The position numbers were made by a program, and so were the translations under genes. Source: Chrysomallon squamiferum (taxonomy: Eukaryota; Animalia; Mollusca). From it: 64,000 nt of DNA. The stretch lies in contig CM022675.1 of assembly GCA_012295275.1 (NCBI GenBank), positions 15,872,001 through 15,936,000 of the forward strand, given 5' to 3'. Within the stretch, counting starts at the first letter, position 1. The number at the start of each line of letters is the position of its first letter. Below the pieces are notes generated by a model. It was not told the origin of the DNA and searched no databases. It saw only the letters and a program-made list of their open reading frames with translations. Of the stretch, positions 26,271-49,314 are shown piece after piece.

Positions 26271-28519
26271 ATCTTACTGCCAATAACTTACTATAAAAGA
26301 CACACTTTTACTTGAAACAAAATAACAAATGATCATATCGTAAATCCTATCAGTCTGTAAAAACATTTATCGTTCAGGTTCCTTGGTCCAAATATTTCTA
26401 CGTGTACAGAGCGTTTTGAAACCTTCATCCCTTCAAATCGCTCTAGCGAAATAGTCAGATCACAATTCAGATGTACAATAGTTCCTAAAATATTCCTGAG
26501 ATGGTGTCGAATCTACTAACTTACCTTCTAAATACTCAGTTTATGGAGCTATTTTGAAAACCCTCTACATCATTAGCGTTGTTATAATTACAAAGAAATA
26601 TAAAATCAGAACATACCGTTTTTTTTCTGCGGTAGACGTTTCAGTGAGATGGATTTGTCTTTCACAGAGCGTGTCCCATCACCTGAAACAGTCGTCACAG
26701 GAAGCTGACCGTGCGTGTCGTTTGGGGCAGGCAGCACTGAACATTGTTTGTATGTGATTTCGTCTTTAAGATCGACATTGTTCAGATAAAACAGAGACTT
26801 TTTGTTTTCTTTTGCGTCCATTATTATTATTATTATTGTTGTTGATTTTTTTCTCTCTCGAACCGTCTTGTTTTTACTTGTTATCTCATTGGCCTCTTTC
26901 TCTCTCTCCAGACCCGACTTCCCAGCACGTAAATAAATAGCTTGTTCTTTTGTCTCTGTTACGCGTTAACTGTCCACTCTCAGACACTTTCGTTTACGAT
27001 ACGCATGCGCGTCGCCTTTCCCATCACAGTTCAATACACATTATACAGGTGCGTAAAACAACAGCGCAGTTATCCAGTGATAACAGAACACCGGGGGATC
27101 CCCCCACCGGCTCTAGTTATTTATCTAGTTTGTTAATCAGTTATATAATTATTTGGTTAGTTATCTATTGCTGACCGACTAATTTGATTATTAACCTATC
27201 ATGTATTATTTATTTATTTATTTATTTTTATTCAGTGTTTTGCATGTCTTTCATATATTAACATATATCCATATACACACACGTGCTCGGGTCTGTCTGT
27301 TCATCTATGCATACATGCAGAAACACACACACACGCGCGCGCGCGTAGACATATCATCATAAAAAACATACGGTAACAGATAACGTAAAAGCGTCCTAAT
27401 TAAATTTTCAATTTCATTTTTTTTCATTTTTTTTTCTTACGATATGAACGTGTGACCTCTTCCTTACATAATCAGATTAACAACGGATAAAGAAATCATT
27501 GTTCGCTGACCTAGTTTGTAACATAGTTGTAAGAAAGTTACTTGATTGATCAGCTTTTCTAAACGCAGACGACAGTAAAACCTGTGAACGGTCAGTCGAC
27601 GGATGGCCTCCGGAACTGACCAGACCTGTTTTTCCAGTTCCAGCCATTGTCTCTTGACATACATGTGAAACATGCTTAATATGTTTTCTTTACACAGTTG
27701 CCTGTTTTACTTGTTCCATTCCAACCACTGACTTTTGACACACTAGTGAAAGAAGGGGATATCATCATCTTATTTTCCTGACATTACGGCCAGTTTTTCC
27801 TATTCCAACAGGTGAATATTAACTGTCTGTCACAATAATCTCTAATGGCGACAGAAAGTGAAAAAAACTGTAAACATAATAATATAATACTAATAAGGTG
27901 AAGATGATGATGATGATGTTGACGATAAAATAATAATAATTATAATAATAATAGAATAATAATAATAATGGTGACGATGATGATGATAATAATAATAATA
28001 ATAATTTTCTAACAATAACAACTGTAAACAGTGATCTGTGGCTGTATTATGACATAATTGATGCTTTATTTTGTAAAGATTGTCTTCCAATTTATACCAA
28101 GGAACTAACCAAAGAATCCATGTTGATCGATAAGATACAGATAAAAGTTAGAGTTTTTTCTTGTATAGTTATCACTATACGAGAGTTCAGGTGACGACGA
28201 CAACAATAACAGCAGCAACGACAATAATAATAATAATAAATCAGTTTTGTACCATTAAATAAAAGAGATATATAACTATAATTTAGTACAATGTCTGTAT
28301 TTTATTTATCAGTGAACAGAAAGTCGTGATGTTTGTTAAACACGTTTGTCTCGGAATTTAGGTGCAGTTCTCTGCTATCATTTTCTTAAATACGTATTCA
28401 GTTTCCGTTACTGTGACGTGTTTGACGTTTTTCGTTTTAAATGTTTTACTGCCCCGAGTAAACATCTGGTAATACACGCGTTGTGGTCCTGAGTTACTCA
28501 ACATAATCATGTATACGTG

Positions 28520-28672
<153 letters not shown>

Positions 28673-29289
28673 CACCTACACATACGCACATACAGACATA
28701 CTAATACATACATAAATGCATCATACATACATACATACATACACATACACGTACGTACGTACGTATATATATATATATATATATAAATACACACACACAC
28801 ACACACACACATACATATATACGTGCAGATATTCACAACTACTTGTACCTATATATGTTTATATACTTGGTGCTAAGCCAGCATCCGTCGTCATCGTGAA
28901 GTCAAATATGACAGTTATGTTAATCTTTGTCAGCGTGATATCTTATCACGAGGTGAAAGTTTCACTTATATAAAACACATAAAAAACAACAACATAGCAC
29001 AGACATACAAATGCACATGAAAACACACACAAATACACTCCGGCATGCATGCACAAACACACACGCACATTTATGCACAGACACGATTACCTTTTTTGGT
29101 AACACTAGAAAATCTACAGCTGATTAGTCAGTCAAAACACGATATGACGTCACTACTAGAAGTGAAAGTGCAATAGCCAAATAGTTCTTAACAGTGTCAT
29201 ACTTTGTTATTATGAAAGACAGATCGCTACGAACAACAAAAAAATAAAAATAAAATAAAAATAAAATAAAATATCCTGAGCATATAATA

Positions 29290-29650
29290 AATAATTGTGA
29301 GGAAAATTTGTATACTCTAAGATACACTTTAAATAACTTCTATTAATTAAAATGTCTTGTTTAAAAACAGAAGATTGAGTCATGTGAGAGTTTTTGTACT
29401 AAGACATTCTTTAAATAATTTATATTAATTACAAAGTTTCATTTCAAAATAAAACACTCAGTCATGACCGAGTTTTTGTATATTGATACTCCTTAATTAC
29501 CTTATTTTAATTACAAATTATTCTAAAACAGAACAGTGGGTAGGGTGAGAGTTTTTGTACTAAGATACACACTAAATAACTAATATTAATTACAGTCATG
29601 TTTTAACAGTTAATCTGAACAGACCGCCGAATCATGTCAGTTTTTGTACT
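29290..29650. repeat. Degenerate ~80 bp tandem repeat (gagtttttgtactaagatac), ~5 copies
   Basis: Motif recurs at ~29305, 29388, 29471, 29549 and 29638. Confidence 0.7.
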
Positions 29651-30197
29651 GTTCCCTTTAAAAGAACAGTCAGAGGTAGGTCAACGTCTTGTAGCTGCAG
29701 TTTGACCTTGTCGTCACCTTCGCTGTGCAAAGTTTGACGGACAACGGGATCACAAAGACAACGGAGAGAGAAACCCGACGCGCTGTGCAGTGACGTCTAC
29801 AACCCGGCTGAACTGGTTTCTGGGTGGGACAGGGGTATAGAGTTACCCCGCGCTACAGACGAGATAGAACAAAACGGCTGTTTGAAGCGTGAACGCCTTG
29901 TGTCCAGTGTTTGTCTTCACGTTCAGCGGTCTTCAGAGTGAAGAAAACAGGAACAGATCGATCAAGCTGAGTTCAGGATTACGGTTTGGGTTACGTCTGA
30001 CTTAGAGTCTAAGGTTAACCTGTACTTTAGCGAAAAGAAGGATATTATCTTAGTCCAATTTTCTTTCACGTTATCGTTTCATTTGACCCTGGAGGTTTTA
30101 TTAGCAGCAGTGCATAATAATATTAAAACTTACTCTAGTGGGTATCTTGCGGCCAAAATTCAATTTAAGTACGGCGTCATTCTGTAAAAAAATGAAA

Positions 30198-30277
<80 letters not shown>

Positions 30278-30774
30278 ATTAAAAACACACGGAAAAGAAA
30301 GGAAAATAATTATAAAATAGGCCCCAAAAAGAACAAAAAACAAACGAAATGACGTCAATGAAGAAACATCAGCCGCTATGTATTATCATTATCATATTAT
30401 CACACTGTCCAACTTTATTATTAGTAAATATTGGTAAAAATAATAAAAAATACATAAATAGAAAAACCTTTTTTATATTAATTACTCGTCACAGGAAATT
30501 GTAATTAGAAGTGAAAACAAATGTCTTTTAAACTGATGATTTGTAGCTGGTATATACTAAATCATATACCGAATACAAGTTATTACATTTATTTTACAAA
30601 TTACACTAAAGAAGCGAACTTCGACTACTGAGGATTATAAAAATTAGTATTAAAATGATAAATGTCATCAACGTTATTCATCGTCCATGAATAATCAGTG
30701 TTGAAGGGAGATTAATCTAGACATATTAGTTAAATATATCCGCGACGGATTGAAATATAAATGGAAATACTGTA

Positions 30775-31050
30775 CAGGTTGAGAATCCTTTATCCAAATG
30801 CTTTGGAAATGTTTTGGATTCTGGAATGTCACGGATTTAGGAAATTAAAGATATATGATGAAAATAGAATCTAAACCAAAATAGGAATTCCATTAATATT
30901 TCAAATAGTCTGCAGGATTTTTAATATAATATTTTAAAAATAACAAAAAGAAGTTACGTGTTCAAGTCAGTAAGAAAACGGTAAGATATCACTATTTCAG
31001 TTGTTCGGCAAAAACAAATTCCGATTTTAGTTTTTCGAATCCTCAACCTG
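30775..31050. mobile_element. Tigger4/MER46-like (pogo) MITE with TA target-site duplication
   Basis: TA|caggttgagaatcctttatcc ... gaatcctcaacctg|TA: clear TIRs and TA flanks. Confidence 0.8.
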
Positions 31051-31329
31051 TACTTTTATTTATTTATTTATTTATTTTTACAGACGATCTTCGTATGGGT
31101 TAGCACATAATTTTCTTTTCCCCGACAACTCGGTGTCTTTGTGTGTGTGTGTGTGTGTGTGTTGTGTGTGTTTGTGTGTTGTGTGTGCGTGTTGTGTGTG
31201 TGTGTTTACGTGTGTGTATTTGTGTTGAATATATTTGCTTATCTGTATATGTACACCTTTCACAGTTTGTCATTATTTTTTGTAATCTGGGTCAAGTGGG
31301 AGATATTTTGATATCATCACGTCACAATC

Positions 31330-38261
<6,932 letters not shown>

Positions 38262-38406
38262 GTTGTGCTGCCTTCCTTGAAAACAAGTAGGAAGCAAAAA
38301 TAACATACAGTACATTTAAATGTAAACACAAATATACACACATCAACACATACACAGACACATACACTCTTACAGATACATAGATATGCACATACACACA
38401 TGCATG

Positions 38407-38456
<50 letters not shown>

Positions 38457-38793
38457 GCTATGTGTTTGTATGTGTATACACACACAGACACAAACACAGT
38501 TACATATAACATACATGTTTGTAATCACAAACATACGTAGAGATATATAAAAACACACATATAAAAACTGATACATTTAGATACATTGTTATAATATATA
38601 TATACGTATACGTACACATGTATGTACAGAAATTATCTGTAGGCAGTGACTACACATATAGTTATCTCGTAATAACACGTGAACACCTATACCCATATTC
38701 ATGTTACCATTACTGCTGTTTGTCGTATACCTATATAATGTGCTAGGTATGTTTTATACACATATACCAGTACATGCATGCATGTATACACAG

Positions 38794-38834
<41 letters not shown>

Positions 38835-40733
38835 CATATACATACGTATGTTTACGTTTGTGTCTGTACCTGTGTGAATATATATATGTATATAGATTTA
38901 GTTCTGAGGTGAGTTTTTGTCAGTGTGTATGTGTGTGTGTGTGTGTGTGTGTGTCTATATTTATAGTTCAGTGAGGCTGTGGAAGTGATAGAAGTGATCT
39001 ATCTTACAATTAAACACCGCAAAACAACCATAACAGTTACAACACTATAATATATATATATATATATACGAAATATATCTACCTGTGACATATATGTATA
39101 CCAGCATGATAAACGTATATAACACAATACAACACACAACACTATACAGTATAATTTAAAATACATATACAGGTAACATAAAGAGGTATCAGATAGAACA
39201 ACATAATTTTACTTAAGATAATATAACACAGCATAGCATAGCATAACATGAAATTGTATAATATAATATGAAATAACACAAAACAACAGAGTGTAATATG
39301 ACAAATACGAAGTTTACTTATAAAATAGACATTGAAATATTACAAAATTCGTGTTACTCACTGTGAAAAGTCAATACCAGCATGAAAAGAAAAAACATAT
39401 AGCGTTTACTTACAAACATTCGAACTAACAGTATTTTTGATGACTCATGCGGAAGGTTTTGGTGTTGTTTGTTAGATCGCGCACACAAAGAAACGAAAGA
39501 GGAAATAAATGCTCGAATTCCGATTCAGTGATTTCAGGTCTATTTAAAAGTTTGAGTAACATCTTGAAACAGTGACAGCGGTTGTAACAGACACTCTGAC
39601 TCTGACAGCAGCAGAAACTACTTGAGGCTTATTAGCTAATGGAGTAATAGCGATGGTGGTAGTAGTAGCAGTAGTAGTAGTACTTGTAGTTGTCGTAGTA
39701 GTAGTAACAGATAAAGATAGCTGTAGTAGCAGTAGTAATTGTAGTAGTTGTAGTAACAGTAGTTATAGTAGTAGTAGAAGTAGCTGTAGTAGTTGTAATG
39801 ACCGTAGTTGTAGTAGTAGTAGTAGTAGCTGTAGTAGATATAGTAATGGTAAAGGTAGAATTATACTAGTAGTATTTGTAGTAGTTGTAGCAGTAGTAAC
39901 AGTAGTAGTGATAATAATAATAAGAACAAAAACAAGAAGAAGAGAAATGAAGTAGAGGTAGTTGTGTTTTTGTCGCTGCTGTTGTTGTAAATTAGTTAAT
40001 GCTATGCGTATTTGTTACACAATGTAGGAAGAATACGCCATTTGTAAACGTCCCAGTGCGCAAGTAGAACTGATCACGTGATTGACAAACAAGCTTTGTA
40101 GCCCTTTGACCTCAAACTTGTACTATTAATAGTAACAGTAATCTTATGTAAACTACACAATAAAAACATTATAGCTGGATTTAAACATAAGTTAATAAAA
40201 CTACAGTTTATAGAATCATACAGAGAGTTTTAGTTTCAGTACATAATTATATGTTAATTTGTCAAAAATGTGAACACTGCTATCCTTTACCTTAGTGCCT
40301 ACAGAATTCAAATTCAGTCACAGACGATATTTAAAAACCTAACAAAAGTACCAACTTTATACACATTTATAGCTAGTACATTATATAAAAGATATCAAAA
40401 TTTACATATAAAATACACTCAAGATAAAACAAAGTTTAATATAAGTTATTTTCATTTTACTTAAAAATAATGGGCCTGATTGTTTTGTATTACTCAAACA
40501 AGAAATAATATTCGACTCTACCTTTATCACTTTACTGAGTTCAGTTCCTTAATGGGTCATCTGAATTTGACAAAACGTTCTAACACTAATTAAAAAAATT
40601 ACGTTATTTGATACTAGACAAATGAAATACAAAAAGGAATAAAAAGAAAAAGATATATATTACTTTAGTGATAGGGTTATTAATCAGAGATTAGAATGCA
40701 AACTAACGTAATAATGAAAATAAATACGCAAAT

Positions 40734-40773
<40 letters not shown>

Positions 40774-41529
40774 CTATACAGGAATCCTAGATTTTTATGT
40801 TACTGTCAGAAACAGTGTATTAAAACAACATACATTAATTAAACTCGGACGCATATATATATATATAGTGAAGTATTTTTGCTCAGTTTTAAACCAGCTG
40901 TTAAAAAATAGAAAATCTAAGCTGTTTTCCAGTAAAAGGGGCCATAACTCCAAAGATAATACGTTGTTGACACTATATAGATACAGATATTAATTAATTC
41001 ATTTATTTGTTTGTTGGGGTTGTTTCTGTTCTTACTCTTGTAGTACTTTTATTATTATTATTTGTATTATTATTATTGTTATTATGATTGTTGTTGTTGT
41101 TGTTATTCTATTTTATTCATTTAGTTTTTTTAAACGTAGTTAGCATGATCCGCAGTGGTATTTACAAGAGATGAATGAAGACGTCAAAAGGAGCTAAACT
41201 TGTTTAAAAATCTGTCACAGTTTGACATGTGAGTAACCTCGATAACGTGAAAAACTTAATCTTCAGACCTCTACATCCACAGAACAGACTGGAGAAACTT
41301 TTGAGATCTAATTAACAGGCTGACAGTTCTATGGATCAGCATTCGGAATTCTGCGGTCTCAAGCATGCAATTTATGATAACAAAATCTTTCACTGGACTG
41401 GATTGTTTTAGAGGTTTAACCTCACTGTGCCCGCAGTCTGTTGGATTAGTCAGGGAACACTTCAGTCGCTATAGTTGGTTTCATCAAAGTGAACAGTTAC
41501 TCAGAATTCAAACCAGTTTTTAAATATGG

Positions 41530-42060
41530 TGCAGCTTTCGTGGTGGTACAGGTACACATCTGTGTACCAGATGTGTAACATACACGCATTTGTCAACCAG
41601 AAAATGTCTCCCCTAGGCTAGCATTGCTTCCCGATAACAAACAAACAACGTACCGCGACACGTTTGGTTTTGTGAAATGTGAAACAGAGGTTATCAGTTT
41701 TCCATTGGTTCCACCATTTGTCATCATTTGTCATCATTTGTCAACATTTGTCAACATTTGACTTTGTGGTGGCGGCCCAGGACGCGGTTGAACGAGAATT
41801 CCACTGTCAACTCTAAGGAATCCTATTTCACCTCTGTTTGGACATCTGACAACGTGTGGATCTTTAGTCGGCTGAACGAGTTTGAAACAAATGTTTCCAG
41901 AACTACGAGTCACGTTGATGGCTGGCATTCAAAACTGAAGACGATGGGCAGCAGACATCCCAAAATTTTAAAATTCATAGATATTATTAAAGAGAGAACA
42001 GGAGGCCTTTGTTGAAGCTTGAGTTTTACAATTAAGAACTGGTGGAAGGTTGGCACCAAA
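41530..42060 (+). mobile_element. MULE (Mutator-like) transposase remnant, internally deleted
   Basis: VYQMCNIHAFVNQKMSPLG/ALLPDNKQTTYRDTF (MULE domain 'QLYTIH...PL.YALLP.K..tY') and RTTSHVDGWHSKLKTMGSRHPKILKFIDIIKE ('RTNN..EGWH...HP.I..FI'). Confidence 0.8.
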
Positions 42061-43381
42061 ACGTGGGAAATACCAGCAACTTGACTTTGACATAAACCAA
42101 CAGCAAATAGTCCTCTAGACAGGACTGAACTCTCCAATACAATATGCTGAGTCCGTCTACCTTTTTGGTGGACTGTGAAATGTTGTAAGTCCATTGTTGG
42201 TCTTTTGGGAAATAAACTATAATGTAACCCCTAGTGTTTCATTGTTTTGCTATCCTTGACTGCTTCAGTAATACATAACAATAGGAGCGGGCACAGTGAG
42301 GTGACCCCTATACAACAAGTATGGTTTGCACACTAACACACAGACTTACCAGACAATCAGGTCAAATATACAAAAGCACACACAGACACACAGACATAAA
42401 AACACATAGAAAACCACATACAAGGTCATCTTTACATAGAGGAACGTGCGCCTTCTCACACATACAAACACTATGCTACTAAAATGCATAAAATAAAATA
42501 AAAAAAATGGTTTGTGGTTGATTAACTTTAAAATACAAAACCGCCCACATAAAATAATTATATGTTCCGAATTAGAACAGGATATCATGGAAATGTAATT
42601 GAATATTTCAAATCGATCCTTCTTTGACAGAGTTATAATTAAAACACTGAAAATTTGTTCACGACGACACCCGTTGTCTGTTTCTTTGCTCCAGCTGTAG
42701 GCCTACAAGCGTCACAACGTAAAAACAACTGAAAAACAAGAACGACGTAATCAAAACATCAGCGCTGATAATCTAAAAATGATCCAGCCTTTCAGTGAAT
42801 TACTGAGTGTTGCAAAAAACTTATATTAGATATTTATTATTATTAATTTTATAAACAGACAGATAGATAGATAGACAGACAAACAGATAGATAGATAGAT
42901 AAATAGCTCACACAGACAAACAGACAGATAGATATAGAAAAACTACCTAAGCATAACTATATGCATAAATATTCCTGTTCTATATTTTTCGTTCAGTGAG
43001 CATAATAATTATTATTTTATTGTCACCGTTATTTTATTTTATATTTTATATACTTTTTACATCTTCCTGTGATACACACACACCACACTGCACTTATAAC
43101 TTGAAATGAATAAAACAAAACACAGACAAAAGTGTGAACTGTGGTTTACTTTGATAGGAATGCATATTGCATGTAACATTATATTTTGTGTGCGTACGCA
43201 GAATTAATAACACACTGTTACGGTTTATGTTGTATTAAAGGAAGCCATCTTTCAGACTTAGTTAAAGGATCAGCTGTTTGTGTGTGGGTTTTTTTCTGCT
43301 GTCGTTTTATTAAATATTATTTTCTTTTAACAATCATCTGAAGTACTTTCGAGTTTGGATAAAAAAATAAGTCAAACCACA

Positions 43382-43442
<61 letters not shown>

Positions 43443-43590
43443 TATGTAATAATAATAATGATAATAGTAATAATAATACTAATATTTAAAAACAATAGTA
43501 GTAGTAGTAGCAGAAGCAGTAATAGTAACAGTAATAATAATAATAGTAGTAGTAGTAGTAGCAGCTGTAGTAGTAGTAGTAGTAGTACTT

Positions 43591-43638
<48 letters not shown>

Positions 43639-43783
43639 ATTTTTATCACAGAGTATTGTTCTGACTTCTAAACAACAGTTATTTTCATAATTCCATATTA
43701 TCCACGATGTTGTTATGGAGTTTTCGTAAAGACACGTCTTGAAAATCGTGAATCGTGTCGTCACCAAACGTCAAATTTGAAAA

Positions 43784-45385
<1,602 letters not shown>

Positions 45386-48005
45386 AATGAGCCCTGACTT
45401 TACAAAGACTATTGCAAAGTTGATGGGGTTTTTTGGTAGTGGGTATACTAGCAGTTATTTTTAAAATGTACATTAGCTTACTTCCAAGTTATGTTTTAGT
45501 TATTTTAATATTTATTTATTTTTTCAGCTGTCAAATTTTAATTAATAATGAAGGACGACAACAAAGGAATTCAAAAAGATATCTGTGATGCCATTTTTTC
45601 TTACATCATCGTGCAGTGATTGGATTTATTCTAGTTTCTTATATTCTTGGTTGTAAGAACAAACATATATATCAGTCTGCTACAGAACGCCAAGATTATA
45701 GTCGTGAAAACTAGTGTCATTCCAACGTTTTTAACTATTACTTTATTGTTGTACTTTGTTATTAGCAAAGACTGATAGCCCATAACCATAAAATAATAAC
45801 TCAGAACTTTGAATAATGTTAATAAAGCAATAATTATTACCATTGATGGTATAATTTAATACATCATTTTATTACATTTATCTGTAACTAATTATTTTGA
45901 AGTACTATCATTTCATAACATAATAAATTACCATTATTACTATTACCACCACCACCAGTACTAAGTCTTCTTGTAGTACCATCATCACTATTACTTGTAC
46001 TATTAAATCTGTATTTATTACAATAGTTATTACTACTATTATTACCACTTCCTCTATTATTACTGTTGCTACTACCATCACAATTGCTACAACTATTCAT
46101 TCTACTAATTTATAACTACATTTACTACTAACACTACTATTACTGCTGCTGTTACTAATATTACTAGTACTACAAAATAGTAGTAGTAATAAAAAAAAAA
46201 ATAATAATACCAATAATAACATAAATAAATAAATAAATAAATATTTTTTTTATCAATTTCAATCCTCTTTTTAAAAGATTTCTTTTTCTTTTCATATATT
46301 TATAACAGCTTCACATTCATTGCAGTAGCTTCGACACTGTTCAAATAGCAAAAAATAAAAAATAAAAAATAAATAAATAAATAAATAAATTGGCCCCCTG
46401 TATATGAACATATAAAACTCCATTAAAATTAAACAAACAGCAAGGAAAAATATCTAAAATTATTCAAGATATAATGGGCTAAAATAAAATGATGTAAATT
46501 AAAACTCAAAATCTTACCATTTTATTAACACATAATGTAATATTTTATTCCAGAAAAAAAAGTGAAAAAAAGAAAAGAAGAAAAATATATATAAAGCATG
46601 TTTCAATATTTACAATTACAGTCATGCTAATGAACGTTTATGATTGTGACAGATTCATAAAAGTAATTCACCAGTCTTTTTCTATTCACATTTGTTTTTC
46701 TTGACATCAATTTCAGGCACATTTGCATGTTCTAGAATTCACTACTGCATTAAAATTTCAATATAATTTTAACTCAAAAATTTGTTTCTTCAGGCAACTG
46801 AAACTCTGAAAATATTACCACGCAATTTTTGTTCAGTTATAATTTTTAAACAAGATTAGTTTTAATTTGTCAGTTATGATGGCCCCTCAGTTCTTTTGAG
46901 CAATTTTAATGTATTATTCAAGACAATTTTTTTTTTTTATCATTTTTTAAACTTTATTGCAGAATCATTTTAAAAAAACAATTTTAGTGAATTTATCAAC
47001 AAATCTTTGTTTCATTAGTCTTTTTAAGTTTTAATTATTAACAACTGTTAGTTCTTCAGTTACTTCTGAACACAGACTTTCCAGTTATTTATAATTTTAA
47101 TGTATTTATCAGAAAAGTCCATTTTTTAACAAAATGGCAAAAATCAAATCAATGGAGTTTGTAGATGTCACTCTGTTATACTGAATTATTTTCACCAATG
47201 AAGAAAGTTTAAGGTATAAAACAATACATTCAAAATACAGCTCAGATCAGCACAATGATTCTGTATATATAATTTGGAGTTGCCTTCTGTCATTTGAATA
47301 ATTTTCTCAGATGAAAAACTTTCAAGGTATAAAATAACATAAATACAACTCAGATTATACATAAGATTCTGTTTACCAGATTTAATTTTTCCTTTATTTG
47401 ACCTGCTGAAAGTGAGTTATCTTCTTCACATGAAAGGAATAACAAATTTTCATTGATCAAGGATTTTACATTTAAAGATTGCTGGTTTAAAAAAGAACAG
47501 TAAAAAATAGGGAAAATATAAAGAGAGACAATAGGATATCTGACCTGTGTTTAATCAGAAATTAAATGTAAAAAAAAATCTTTAATCTACATAAACATGG
47601 CAGTTTGTACAAGGTTATTAGACTATAACACTGAGAAAATAAGTGGGATATAAAACTGAAGTTCTTATATAGTAAGATAGTTGAAGTGAAAATATACTAA
47701 CTATTTATTGTTATCACATACTTATTAGTAAAATAACTGAAGCTGAAATCTACTAACTAGTTATAATCAAGTACCTGCTTAATAAAATACATGAAGTAAA
47801 AATTTACTAACTTGCTATTGTTATTAAGCACTTATTTAGTAATATAATTTAGTTATGAATGAAGAGAAAATTACTATTGTTAATAAACACTTATTTAGCA
47901 ATATAACTGAAAATTTATGGACTAGTTATTGTTATTAAGAACTTATGACAGATGAAATAAAAATTTACAAATCTGCTAATGTTAAATAGTGGTCTGTTTT
48001 TTTAG

Positions 48006-48042
<37 letters not shown>

Positions 48043-49314
48043 AGGATATTTTCCTCATTACAATTTTCTAGACTTAACATCACATTAAAATGATTTACTT
48101 GTGTTCTCCCAAAATCTCATTTCACTTGTAAAACAAATATTTTTATTGTAAATTCAGCAACAAACAGATTAAAGAGGTCACACACACACACACATACAAT
48201 AGTGTATAAATATTTACATGTAGCATGGATATACATATAATATAACTAAGAATACAGATAGCTATTTATTCATCAACAATCAGAAACATAGTGCAGCTAT
48301 ATAATGATAAATATAAACAAAGAGAAATACTCCAAATGTTTAATAATAATAATATTAATTACAATAAATAACAAAAAATAATAATAATTACAATAAATAA
48401 TAATAATTACAATAATAATCATAATCATAATAATAATAATAATAATAATTACAATAATAATAAATAAAGTTTTCAAAGGTTATTAATTTCAGTATTATTT
48501 TAAAAAGAATTTTTACTATTAATATAAACATAAATATCATAAATAAAGTAATGGAAATCAAAACCTGAATTAAAAGGCAGTATTAATAAAACTGTGATCT
48601 CTGGCACATTATTTCTACATACTTATAAAACGAAATTAAGAAATAATTATTACTCCACACTTTTAATTTACATCAACATGTGAGACAATTTAAAATCTCA
48701 CAAGAGAAACACCCAATCTTCCACATAATAAGTGTATGTACAACAATTCATTATTAACTGGTTTAAACATTTCTACATGTAATTAATAACTAGATCAAAT
48801 AACAAAGGAAAATGTCTGTTTATTTAATTATTTAAAAAAAAAAAAAAAAAAAATGTTGGAGGTTAAAGAAAGAAAAAATAAGCTAATTAACAGCCACAGG
48901 TAATGACAGGTGATCAAAAATCTGAAATTAACCAGTTACTGAATGTCAGCATGATTTTAACAGTTTTAAAATTGTATTGGAGAAAATGTGACAGTGCAGT
49001 TGTTGTTTGTCAAACTGTTATTCTTATAATGTATAATGAAGTATACACTTGAAAATAATAAATAAATTAAAATATATATAAATAAAATAATAAATATAAA
49101 AATAATAATAAAAAATCCTAGCTAAAAAAAAGAGTTAAATAATAATATAAAACAAATGTAAATAATAATATTAATAATAATAATAATTATAATAATAATG
49201 ATAATAAGAAAAATAAGAAAAATTTACAACAAAAATAAAAGAAAATCACTAACAATAGTTTGTGAAATAAATAATGTTTGAAAACAATGAGATGAAGTTA
49301 AAATGTTGATGACA

